Positions 40,103 to 47,817 of a stretch of 64,000 nt of DNA are shown here, in pieces. Both the position numbers and the translations under genes were made by a program. Position 1 is the first letter of the stretch. The number at the start of each line of letters is the position of its first letter. Source of the stretch: a virus; the IMG/VR virus record IMGVR_UViG_3300045988_097913, one strand, 5' to 3'. Under the pieces are notes generated by a model. That model was not told the DNA's origin and did no database searches. It saw only the letters and a list, made by a program, of their open reading frames with translations.

Positions 40103-41359
40103 TCATTTAAAAATTACTATCCACGATGAACGAGCTTCTAATCTTTTTAGATTTATAATTTTAGGCGTTTTAAAACCTTTCGGCATATAAGAAAAATCGG
40201 ATTTATTACCATCTATATCCATAAGTATTGCATATCCAGTAGAAAGCCTTCCTTTTATAAAATATTCTTTACCAAAATATCTCACCTTATCAAACTTTCT
40301 GAACCCCTGAATTTTACACGTTGGAATGCGCTGCTCAGAACGAACTCCCTTAGTCTGTTGAAAATCCCCATCTGAAACACATTTCTTTTTGTATAAATTG
40401 CATCTTACGCTAAATTTATTTCCATGTGTTGCAATAACACAAGCGTCATAAAAATGCTCTTTATCTACTCCAAGTTTTAGACGATTTGCCTTTGTTATAT
40501 AACCAAAAGTTTCAATTGCTTCCGGGTAGATTCTAAATAATTGTTTACGAATACTATTCATCTGTGTAGCATATTTTAGATTCCCTTTGACCTTACCTTC
40601 TAATTTAAGACTAATTTTACCACTATGCAACGCCTTATGGCAAGTATGACAAAGTGTAATCAAATTACTTTCTTCGTCTGAACCATGTTTGCTGCGAAAC
40701 ACAATATGATGAACTTCCAGTTTACTGTCTTTATGTTTACCTTTGCAATACTGACAAGTATAATTATCTCGATTTAAAACCATAGCCTTGGTATTTTCAA
40801 ACCCATAATTTGTTCCTTTTTGGTATCCCCAATGTCTTACATTTTCATCTACAAGGCTTGGATTTTTCATAAGGTAAGTATCAAATGTTCCTGTTTCAAA
40901 GACTATAGTAGTTATAGGGAGAATAGATTTGATATATTCTATTTCTTTAACGTGGCTATGGAGTTTACTTACCATCGTGGGACTAAATCTATCCTTCTTA
41001 ATTGAATTTTTGCGATTTAGCCATCTTGCTTTTCTATAACGAGTTTTTCTGCTACGTCTATTTCTGCGGTATTTGGCCCTTTGAGTCATTTTGTCAGTAA
41101 TGTCATTTCTAACAACTACTTCCGACATATAAACTATTTCGCCATCATCGGTAGAAACGGCAGTTCCTATTGCGCCACTTCCTGTATCAACCCCAAGAGT
41201 TAAATCTTGTGTGCAATTAGGAGTCTCGTATAGAAGTTTAATTGTGAATGGACAACGCTTAACTACTTTAGCCTTACCATCTTTTAGAAGATGTTTGACT
41301 TTACCGTGCCTAGTAGTTGGCATAAGCGGTTGTCCATCAATATTCAATACATATACCAT
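40103..41359 (-). CDS. iscB: IscB RNA-guided nuclease (PLMP-RuvC-bridge helix-HNH-RuvC)
   Basis: MVYVLNIDGQPLMPTTRHGKVKHLLKDGKAKVVKRCPFTIKL (PLMP). LGVDTGSGAIG (RuvC-I). RAKYRRNRRSRKTRYRKARW (bridge helix). IVFETG (RuvC-II). CQYCKGK..HHIVFRSKHGSDEESNLITLCHTCHKALH (HNH). HFYDAC (RuvC-III). Confidence 0.9.
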   Translation of the reverse strand: MVYVLNIDGQPLMPTTRHGKVKHLLKDGKAKVVKRCPFTIKLLYETPNCTQDLTLGVDTGSGAIGTAVSTDDGEIVYMSEVVVRNDITDKMTQRAKYRRNRRSRKTRYRKARWLNRKNSIKKDRFSPTMVSKLHSHVKEIEYIKSILPITTIVFETGTFDTYLMKNPSLVDENVRHWGYQKGTNYGFENTKAMVLNRDNYTCQYCKGKHKDSKLEVHHIVFRSKHGSDEESNLITLCHTCHKALHSGKISLKLEGKVKGNLKYATQMNSIRKQLFRIYPEAIETFGYITKANRLKLGVDKEHFYDACVIATHGNKFSVRCNLYKKKCVSDGDFQQTKGVRSEQRIPTCKIQGFRKFDKVRYFGKEYFIKGRLSTGYAILMDIDGNKSDFSYMPKGFKTPKIINLKRLEARSSWIVIFK

Positions 41360-41804
41360 ACTAGACACCCATTTCGTAAAAATAACTCCATTACTTATGT
41401 AATGGTTATGCGTATTGCTATACTATTACCACATAGCTTTTCCGACCTCAACTCGACAATGATATAAAGGCTTTAGCGTATATATCACAAGGCTACTATT
41501 ACTCCAACCTAACTTAAACATATACGACAGAGCGACGGTCTGTTGCGTCAACCGAGGGTGTCATAACCTAAATATCGTAGTTATCATTTCTGGTAACTAA
41601 GTCTGGTAGGCTATTTAATGGAAACTACAAACTCTTATAGTTTGTAGATACCTACAATCATAGAACACAAAGAGCCTATAGCGTCCCACAATTGTACGAC
41701 TACAATTATAAATAATAAAGACCAGACAGGCAAGCCAAAGAACCTGTATCTCCTAACAACGGGTGATAGCAGCTTAGTATCTCTATCCTCTGGTCTTTAA
41801 TTAA
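41360..41804 (-). ncRNA. Candidate IscB omega-RNA region (extent and 5' end undefined)
   Basis: 445 nt without an ORF directly 5' of iscB. Visibly structured: perfect hairpins at 41388-41405 and 41625-41647, and a 10-bp long-range stem between 41717-41726 and 41789-41798. Confidence 0.55.
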
Positions 41805-42410
41805 TTAAAACTTAAACACATTTATAAATTTCTCTCCATATTTGGAAAGCATAATATAACACATAATATAAGCAGAGCAAATAGAAGCAGAAACAAATTG
41901 CATATTAAAAAACACTAGAATACAAGATAAGAAAATTAACACACAAGTTCCCTTAATATAGCGTCTTTTAAACTCAATATCTCTGCTTCCTCTACTAGGA
42001 GAGTTTTCGCTTGGCTTTGGAATAATATAAAACATATCAACAGATGCCAGAAATGTAATAATAACTCCAATCATTACAAATATACTGTTTACGGATAATA
42101 AAATAGCCATCATGCTTCCAACAAATGAGATAATGTTCGTTACCAACCAACAAGAAGCAAATGTCTTACAGTGTTCACCACCGCAAACAGAACGTAGAAA
42201 ACAATAGGTAATCTGAAATGCAAGAAAATACTTGACATATCCAAAAATAAGCGATATAATAAGCCCAGTTCCAAATTCAAACAAAAAACTTAAAATAGCA
42301 AACATACCGTATTGTGTCTCTTCAATTCCATCATCATCTTCATGAAAATAATTTGCTATCTTTAAACCAATTTTATAAGATAAATCTTCAATATATTTAA
42401 AAATATCCAT
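41805..42410 (-). CDS. agrB: AgrB-like autoinducer-processing membrane protease
   Basis: 201 aa, polytopic. LRSVCGGEHCKTFASC matches the AgrB R-x3-GG-x-H..C catalytic region. Confidence 0.8.
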   Translation of the reverse strand: MDIFKYIEDLSYKIGLKIANYFHEDDDGIEETQYGMFAILSFLFEFGTGLIISLIFGYVKYFLAFQITYCFLRSVCGGEHCKTFASCWLVTNIISFVGSMMAILLSVNSIFVMIGVIITFLASVDMFYIIPKPSENSPSRGSRDIEFKRRYIKGTCVLIFLSCILVFFNMQFVSASICSAYIMCYIMLSKYGEKFINVFKF

Positions 42411-42431
42411 AATAAGAATATTCCTTATTTA

Positions 42432-42467
42432 CAAAAAAATAGGGAGCCAGCCAACAAGCCGACTCCC
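42432..42467 (-). terminator. Intra-operon terminator/attenuator between agrD and agrB
   Basis: GC-rich hairpin GGGAGUCGGCUUGUUGGCUGGCUCCC, followed by U7 on the minus strand. Confidence 0.55.
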
Positions 42468-42506
42468 TTATATTATTCTATAATGTCTATAATAATATAA
42501 GTCGGA

Positions 42507-42638
42507 TTAGTTCTCCTTCTTATTTTTGCTAATAATCTTTTCCATTAGAGACTTAGGCATCTTAGGCTGATAGTGACCAAAGAAAGTAAAAGATGCACAA
42601 CTAGCTCCTTTTGCAATAGCCTTTACAAAGTTTTTCAT
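42507..42638 (-). CDS. agrD: AgrD-like cyclic autoinducer peptide precursor (43 aa, absent from ORF track)
   Basis: SD GAAGGA, then MKNFVKAIAKGASCASFTFFGHYQPKMPKSLMEKIISKNKKEN. The YQPKMPKSL tail matches the clostridial AgrD recognition motif. Confidence 0.75.
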   Translation of the reverse strand: MKNFVKAIAKGASCASFTFFGHYQPKMPKSLMEKIISKNKKEN

Positions 42639-43107
42639 ATCTATCCTTCTTTATCCTTATAAAATTATATAATATAATCTGCAAGAGCAAAATAGAAAAA
42701 TTCAATATAAACTCTTGCAAAATACCATTATTGTAAAACAAAATATCATTCTTGAAAATAATTCCAAATATTGTTGATGTTATAATCGAGAATACTCCCA
42801 TTATAAATACGCAAACTAATACTTGTCTCAGTGCAACATTCTCTTTGAAGATAATAAGAAATATTATCTTAATTACAACAGGAAGTACAAAATATGTAAT
42901 AACAATATTCAATATAAGAAATATAATTTTGCCATACCAAAAATATGGTATATATTGAAACAAAAATGTTATTGTACCAAATATAAATAATTTTAAAATC
43001 TTATACCTACCAATTTTTATATCAGAGCCTCTGATAATTCCACATAACAATATAATTGTATACGCTTCAATCGGATTATAAATTAACAAACTTATATGAA
43101 TATTCAT
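42601..43107 (-). CDS. Polytopic membrane protein (5-6 TM), first gene of the agr-like operon
   Basis: 168-aa hydrophobic ORF. Its 3' end overlaps agrD by 38 nt in another frame. Confidence 0.5.
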   Translation of the reverse strand: MNIHISLLIYNPIEAYTIILLCGIIRGSDIKIGRYKILKLFIFGTITFLFQYIPYFWYGKIIFLILNIVITYFVLPVVIKIIFLIIFKENVALRQVLVCVFIMGVFSIITSTIFGIIFKNDILFYNNGILQEFILNFSILLLQIILYNFIRIKKDRYEKLCKGYCKRS

Positions 43108-43155
43108 AACAATCTCCCCTTATACTATTTTATGGAATTATTCGCTTCCATTGTT

Positions 43156-43184
43156 AATATAGCACAATATATAGAAATTGTCAA
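43156..43184 (-). promoter_or_regulatory. Promoter TTGACA-17-TATATT for the membrane-ORF/agrD/agrB unit
   Basis: -35 at 43179-43184 and -10 at 43156-43161 (minus strand). Confidence 0.45.
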
Positions 43185-43186
43185 GA

Positions 43187-43261
43187 CTTCTTTCTAAATT
43201 TGCAACATTTTCTTCTGATATATCAATTTTATCAGAAATATCAACTAAAGCATTAGAGAAT
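43187..43261. repeat. 75-bp perfect direct repeat, copy 1
   Basis: Identical to 43609-43683. Confidence 0.9.
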
Positions 43262-43534
43262 ATCTAGTACAAAGTCAACCCAACACGAGTCCCCGTCATA
43301 CCATTTTTTCTCACCTGTTTTTTTATTTACAGCAATTATACATATATTTTCATAGTCAGGATAAACTCGATAAGAAATCCCATCAGCATCAATAAAAAGC
43401 TTATCATTAGAAATCTTATATTTCAGGTTATACGCTTCGCACAAATCTTTTATATAGGATGCACACTTATCAGAAGATAAACAGTTTCGTTCAACCCATC
43501 TTTTGCTTCGATTGCTGTTCGGATTTCTTTTCAT
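43253..43534 (-). CDS. Hypothetical protein bracketed by the 75-bp repeats
   Basis: 93-aa ORF. Its stop codon lies inside repeat copy 1. Confidence 0.5.
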   Translation of the reverse strand: MKRNPNSNRSKRWVERNCLSSDKCASYIKDLCEAYNLKYKISNDKLFIDADGISYRVYPDYENICIIAVNKKTGEKKWYDGDSCWVDFVLDIL

Positions 43535-43883
43535 AGTCCATCCTTTCTAAAATCTTCTCCTTAAATTCCCTATTTCCTTTTATTTCCTTCAATATAATTC
43601 TTTGTGTGCTTCTTTCTAAATTTGCAACATTTTCTTCTGATATATCAATTTTATCAGAAATATCAACTAAAGCATTAGAGAATGCGTTTAACTTAGAATT
43701 AATATAAAGCAACATAAATATAATTGCTAAAGACAACAATCCAAAGAAAATAATCATTAAAATATCTGAATTGTCAAACATAATTTGTTTCTTTGTCGCA
43801 TATACAATAGAATAATAAATGGTAATAAACATAGTTACAGACACAACGATAGCGACAGAAAAATTTCTTACAATATTTTTCAT
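43491..43883 (-). CDS. Two-TM membrane protein
   Basis: 130-aa ORF. Repeat copy 2 encodes ..SNALVDISDKIDISEENVANLERS.. Confidence 0.5.
   Translation of the reverse strand: MKNIVRNFSVAIVVSVTMFITIYYSIVYATKKQIMFDNSDILMIIFFGLLSLAIIFMLLYINSKLNAFSNALVDISDKIDISEENVANLERSTQRIILKEIKGNREFKEKILERMDYEKKSEQQSKQKMG
43609..43683. repeat. 75-bp perfect direct repeat, copy 2
   Basis: Identical to 43187-43261. Confidence 0.9.
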
Positions 43884-43895
43884 ATAATTTACCCT

Positions 43896-44081
43896 TTACT
43901 TGCGATTGCGAGTCCACTGTTCAAGATATATAGATAGCTCGGGAACTTTTTCAAATACCCAGCAAGTCTTATTCTCTCTGATGTGTACAAACGAAGTAAT
44001 AGGCTCAAATCCATTTCTTTCCAGATATTCTTTAAGGTTGGGAGAATAGCAAGAGAAATATTTTTCCTTTTCATACTTCAT
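43896..44081 (-). CDS. Small hypothetical protein
   Basis: 61-aa ORF with SD GAAGGTGA. Preferred over the overlapping alternative frame at 43889-44074. Confidence 0.45.
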   Translation of the reverse strand: MKYEKEKYFSCYSPNLKEYLERNGFEPITSFVHIRENKTCWVFEKVPELSIYLEQWTRNRK

Positions 44082-44288
44082 ACTACATCACCTTCTTTAC
44101 AAATATAAAGGTGATTATTCTTCGCATTTTTACCAAATGTCATAATGTTTTCCTTTCATGCACATACGGGTGCACACCTATAAGTTAAATTTCAAATTAT
44201 GTCTATAACAATATATTATAGACACTTTACTAAGTATAACAATTTATACCTACTAAAGAGTCTATAATTTCTAAAATTTAACTTAAAA

Positions 44289-44825
44289 TTACTTCTTTTG
44301 TTCTACCCATTTGGACTTGCCAAATAAGCCTTTCTTTTCAACCAGAATAGTATCTTCTGCCTCTTTTGGTTTTAATACAGCGAGTGATTTTGAATCATCC
44401 TCCGATACATCAGAAGAATCTACATCAATTGGCGTATCTAAATCATTGATAGAAGTTGTACTAGTTGCTGGTGTATTTTCTACTTTAGCATAGATTTCAT
44501 CTAGCTTAGTTTTTGTATCTTGTGCAAATTCACCAAATGTTGTCGTTAAATTATCACTTGTCGTTTGCAATGTTGCTATATTAGCAGCAATTGTATTTAA
44601 ACTAGTTTGAGCGGCAGTAGCTTTTGCTTCAAAATCAGCAAGCGCCTGTGTTTGTGACTGAATTAGTTGCTGGACAAGATTTTCAATTTCTTCCAGTTTC
44701 TTATCAGAAGAACCGCTTCCTGAATTTATAATACAGTAAGGGGATTTGGCACAAATAAGCCGCATATTACAGCAACAACATCTTGACATCGTACCGCAGG
44801 GGGCAATACCGTTATTTAATACCAT
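44289..44825 (-). CDS. Cys-rich N-terminus / coiled-coil protein
   Basis: MVLNNGIAPCGTMSRCCCCNMRLICAKSPYC followed by a helical region. Confidence 0.5.
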   Translation of the reverse strand: MVLNNGIAPCGTMSRCCCCNMRLICAKSPYCIINSGSGSSDKKLEEIENLVQQLIQSQTQALADFEAKATAAQTSLNTIAANIATLQTTSDNLTTTFGEFAQDTKTKLDEIYAKVENTPATSTTSINDLDTPIDVDSSDVSEDDSKSLAVLKPKEAEDTILVEKKGLFGKSKWVEQKK

Positions 44826-44848
44826 TCCTTTCACTCCTTATTATATTA

Positions 44849-45217
44849 TTAAGTAAGCCAACCCTCAATATAATAATCAGTAGGAGCTAGAGGACTTAGA
44901 ACGCGGACAATTTTCTTTACATCGTCATACATACAGTACATTAATCTCTGGCTCTGAGAGTATCCAATAGCCTGAGAAGCAAGGACTGCATTACCAAGAC
45001 GGTCAACAAGGTGATACTTGTTTACCTCATTATTATCTGTCAGTAAAAGAGATTTGTTGTCATTAAATTCAAAACCAATCTTAATGAGCAAGGCAAAATA
45101 ATAATAGCGTCTTGGATAGGGCAAACTTTCTATGGTATATATAGGATTTGCCTTTAATACGTCCACACCAGCACCAGAGCTATCAAGTGATGTAACGGTC
45201 ACGATAGGCCATCTCAT
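44849..45217 (-). CDS. Hypothetical protein
   Basis: ORF. SD GGTGA before ATG 45217. Confidence 0.5.
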   Translation of the reverse strand: MRWPIVTVTSLDSSGAGVDVLKANPIYTIESLPYPRRYYYFALLIKIGFEFNDNKSLLLTDNNEVNKYHLVDRLGNAVLASQAIGYSQSQRLMYCMYDDVKKIVRVLSPLAPTDYYIEGWLT

Positions 45218-45262
45218 AATAATCACCTATTTATTAGGACTATCAATTATGTTACAATGTTA

Positions 45263-45562
45263 TTACGCATTTTTAGCCGCACGTTGTTCTTTAACACGTT
45301 TGCGGTATTCTTCAATTTTATCAGAAACAACAGCTTGTGCAATATCAGCCGCCTCGTCAATGTCACAACCGACATCTTTACCAAACAGCCAATCACAAGC
45401 TTTATCCACACCAATATTAGCATATCCCAAAATCTTATCTTCAAACAAACTTGCATAAGTAGCAATACTTGTACCACCAGCAAGATTGTAAATAAGATAA
45501 CGGTATAAATTTATAACATCACGGTCAGCCATCTGTTTAAAAAGTTCTTTATCAGAAATCAT
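45263..45562 (-). CDS. Hypothetical protein
   Basis: ORF. SD GAGGTG before ATG 45562. Confidence 0.5.
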   Translation of the reverse strand: MISDKELFKQMADRDVINLYRYLIYNLAGGTSIATYASLFEDKILGYANIGVDKACDWLFGKDVGCDIDEAADIAQAVVSDKIEEYRKRVKEQRAAKNA

Positions 45563-45572
45563 AGCAAACACC

Positions 45573-46106
45573 TCACTTATTCTTCTCTAACTCTTCAATA
45601 CGCTTACGAACAACTTCATCATTCATCAATGCTTGTATTCTTTGCATATTCTGAGCTTCTTGCTGTTTCGCTTGGTCTCTGACGCCACGGAAAGATGCTA
45701 ACAACCTCTCAAAAGCTACACGACCATCTTGTGTCTGCATAACTTGGGGACGTACTAGCGCTTCCATAGTTGCCTGAATCTTTTTGTCGCATTCAGCCAT
45801 GCACTGTTTAAATTCAGGATTTTCTAATATACTCGCCTGAACTACATTAGAACACTGATTAAACTCTGTAATAAAGTCATTATAAGGGTCAGACTGTTCC
45901 GGTTGTTGTGGTTGCTGCACTTGAGGCATCATATTTGGGTCGTAACCAGTTCTACGAACCTGTTGTACATACTCCCACTGTTCTGGTGACATATTTCTTT
46001 GATATTGATTCTGATATTGATTTTGTGTTCCTCCCACATCTACTGGCATAACATTCTGTGGAGAACGCATACCTCCAATAAGAGGACTTGGATTTGTGAA
46101 GTTCAT
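45573..46106 (-). CDS. Gln/Pro-rich hypothetical protein
   Basis: ORF with a QNQYQNQYQ..QVQQPQQPEQ low-complexity region. Confidence 0.5.
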   Translation of the reverse strand: MNFTNPSPLIGGMRSPQNVMPVDVGGTQNQYQNQYQRNMSPEQWEYVQQVRRTGYDPNMMPQVQQPQQPEQSDPYNDFITEFNQCSNVVQASILENPEFKQCMAECDKKIQATMEALVRPQVMQTQDGRVAFERLLASFRGVRDQAKQQEAQNMQRIQALMNDEVVRKRIEELEKNK

Positions 46107-46200
46107 AAATCTTCACCCGCTTGTAAAAAAATAAGTAAAAATGTATATAATGTTATTCTGTGGAATACTTGTCCCACAATAAAGATTAATTAGAACTTAA

Positions 46201-46795
46201 TCAGAAAGTAAGTCCACCGTTGCAACCACAACCAGTATTAGTGTAAGCAGGGCCATTTGCATAAGCAGTGCCGCTTACAAAATAAGGATTGCAGTAATTC
46301 GCTGCACAAGCAGTAGTTGTAAACTGATAGGTAGGAACAGATACAATTGCCTGAGAAGTGTTAGTGTAAGGGTCAGCAAGGTCAGAAGGAGAAAGATAAT
46401 GCTTTGCCTTGATGAAATCGCAAGTAGCAGAATCAACATAAGCCTTCATAAACTTATCCATCCACTGCATCTTTTCATCAACACAAGCAAACTGCTTGTC
46501 ATTCATCTTCTGCTGCCATTCACTATTTAGTGCAGCGATTTCAAAGTTCTTAGCGATAGAAACTTCATCGCTTGCAACACGCTGGCTTAGTTCACACAGA
46601 GCACTATTTGTATTCATTAGATTCTGATACATAATATTGGTATCAGCTAGCTGATTCTGATAGAACTCTTTTTCGGTAACATAACAGGTATTGTTATTAC
46701 CGCCGCCAAATAGACCACCTAGTAGTCCACCACCGTTGGGAGAACCACCGTTACCACCATTAGCACCACCTAGAACACCAGCTAGAGCAGTACCA
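46201..46795 (-). CDS. Gly-rich / C-terminal Cys-rich protein, exon 2 (junction uncertain, 46795-46806)
   Basis: TALAGVLGGANGGNGGSPNGGGLLGG.. continues the Gly-rich sequence of the 19-codon exon 1. An intron S element lies 11 nt upstream of the tracked ATG. Confidence 0.55.
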
Positions 46796-47627
46796 CCGAG
46801 GACAGTCATTATAATTAATCGACTATATCTTACCGCAAAAGCGGTAGCACCTTTTCGAGATATGTACCAATAATATCCCTACTCCCCTATTAAGGAGATA
46901 GTCTGTACAGGTTTAATTTATACAAATTTCCAATGATATCCATAAGCTGTTTTCCTCCACTTCCTGCCTCTTGCAACATCACGAATATGATTTGACATAT
47001 TAGAATACTTAGAAAGTCTTCCAGTTGTCTTGCAAACCCATTCAGCAGCTTTATAGGAGGATTCAAAAATAGCATTTGTTTCTACGCAAAGTATCTTCTT
47101 TTTTTCGTACTTCTCTTCTGTAAATTCTTCGCTTTCATGCCATAAACCATTATCTACGGCATGACGCATATTCTCAAACGGAAGAACCCACTCAAGATTT
47201 TTACAATTATTGTTTGTCTTATCTCCATCAATATGGTTTACTTGTAGTTCTTCAATTTTGTAGTTTTTAAGTCTTTCTGGTATTTCGCACCAACATTCTG
47301 CAATGACACGATGTTTCAGAATATGTTTTTGTTTACCGTTTTCATAAATTATACCATTATAATACCCATTTGGCATTTTATTGAATGGAACTTCCTTTTT
47401 AGACTTTACGTTACGAAGAACTCCTTCTTTGTTTACTTCATATAGAAACTTTAAACTTGGAACTTTTCTAAAATCTTTCATCGTATAAATTCCTTCCCAC
47501 GGGATTTTGTCCCAATTCCCCCGTTGACATAATTAGTATTTTTTACTTATGAGTTTAATAAAAACTCAGCTAACTATACCTGTTTGGTAAAACATAAGAT
47601 GCTATTCGGGTTATATGATGTTAGCCC
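46796..47627 (-). mobile_element. Group I intron with an HNH endonuclease ORF (boundaries +/-15 nt)
   Basis: R CUGUACAGACUAUCUCC (46894-46910) and S GGUAAGAUAUAGUCG (46820-46834) on the minus strand. Exon AUU(G)U|GGG pairs with CCCGAAU. The ORF lies between the P4-P6 region and R. Confidence 0.7.
46918..47481 (-). CDS. HNH homing endonuclease (NUMOD4-like N-terminus plus HNH)
   Basis: FLYEVNKEGVLRN.. N-terminus. HRVIAECW..VNHIDGDKTNNNCKNLEWV..ENMRHA HNH core. Confidence 0.8.
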   Translation of the reverse strand: MKDFRKVPSLKFLYEVNKEGVLRNVKSKKEVPFNKMPNGYYNGIIYENGKQKHILKHRVIAECWCEIPERLKNYKIEELQVNHIDGDKTNNNCKNLEWVLPFENMRHAVDNGLWHESEEFTEEKYEKKKILCVETNAIFESSYKAAEWVCKTTGRLSKYSNMSNHIRDVARGRKWRKTAYGYHWKFV

Positions 47628-47683
47628 ACAATTCCTAATGCAGTAGTCCCAGTAGAAGCAACCTTTTTGCCATCAATTTCCAT
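47628..47683 (-). CDS. Gly-rich protein, exon 1
   Basis: SD GGGTGA 4 nt before ATG 47683. Reads MEIDGKKVASTGTTALGIV, then a stop two codons into the intron. Confidence 0.5.
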
Positions 47684-47817
47684 AAAATCACCCGTAAGAT
47701 ATATATCTTAGAAGATGTAGATTATGTTTAATATTTATATAAAATGCGGGAACGCAATATAGGCGTTAATTACAACCTTTCGGAAAACCGCTATTTGTTT
47801 AAATATATTGTTTTAAA

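Noticed and set aside
41717-41798. The AAAGACCAGA..TCTGGTCTTT stem, considered as a plain agrB terminator.
   Set aside because: The 62-nt interior is too large for an intrinsic terminator and the trailing tract is A/U mixed. It is kept as a possible omega-RNA or element-end structure instead. Similar GACC..GGTC stems at 34152, 50688 and 63847 are ordinary terminators, so that sequence resemblance is probably coincidental.
43889-44074. A 61-aa ORF overlapping 43896-44081 in another frame. Similar nested ORFs are 18906-19181, 19536-19733, 20394-20591, 23563-23931, 24494-24721, 26008-26202, 31814-32029, 33104-33286, 35351-35533, 36215-36508, 36923-37117, 45247-45483, 46890-47075 and 56173-56370.
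   Set aside because: They are alternative frames inside better-supported genes, or inside intron or leader sequence. They have no SD and odd composition.
42485-44267. A recurrent GTCTATAA motif (42485, 44201, inverted at 44216, 44260), considered as an operator.
   Set aside because: Each copy embeds a TATAA(T)-like -10 hexamer in very AT-rich intergenic DNA. Four short hits are not distinguishable from chance or promoter elements without a genome-wide count.
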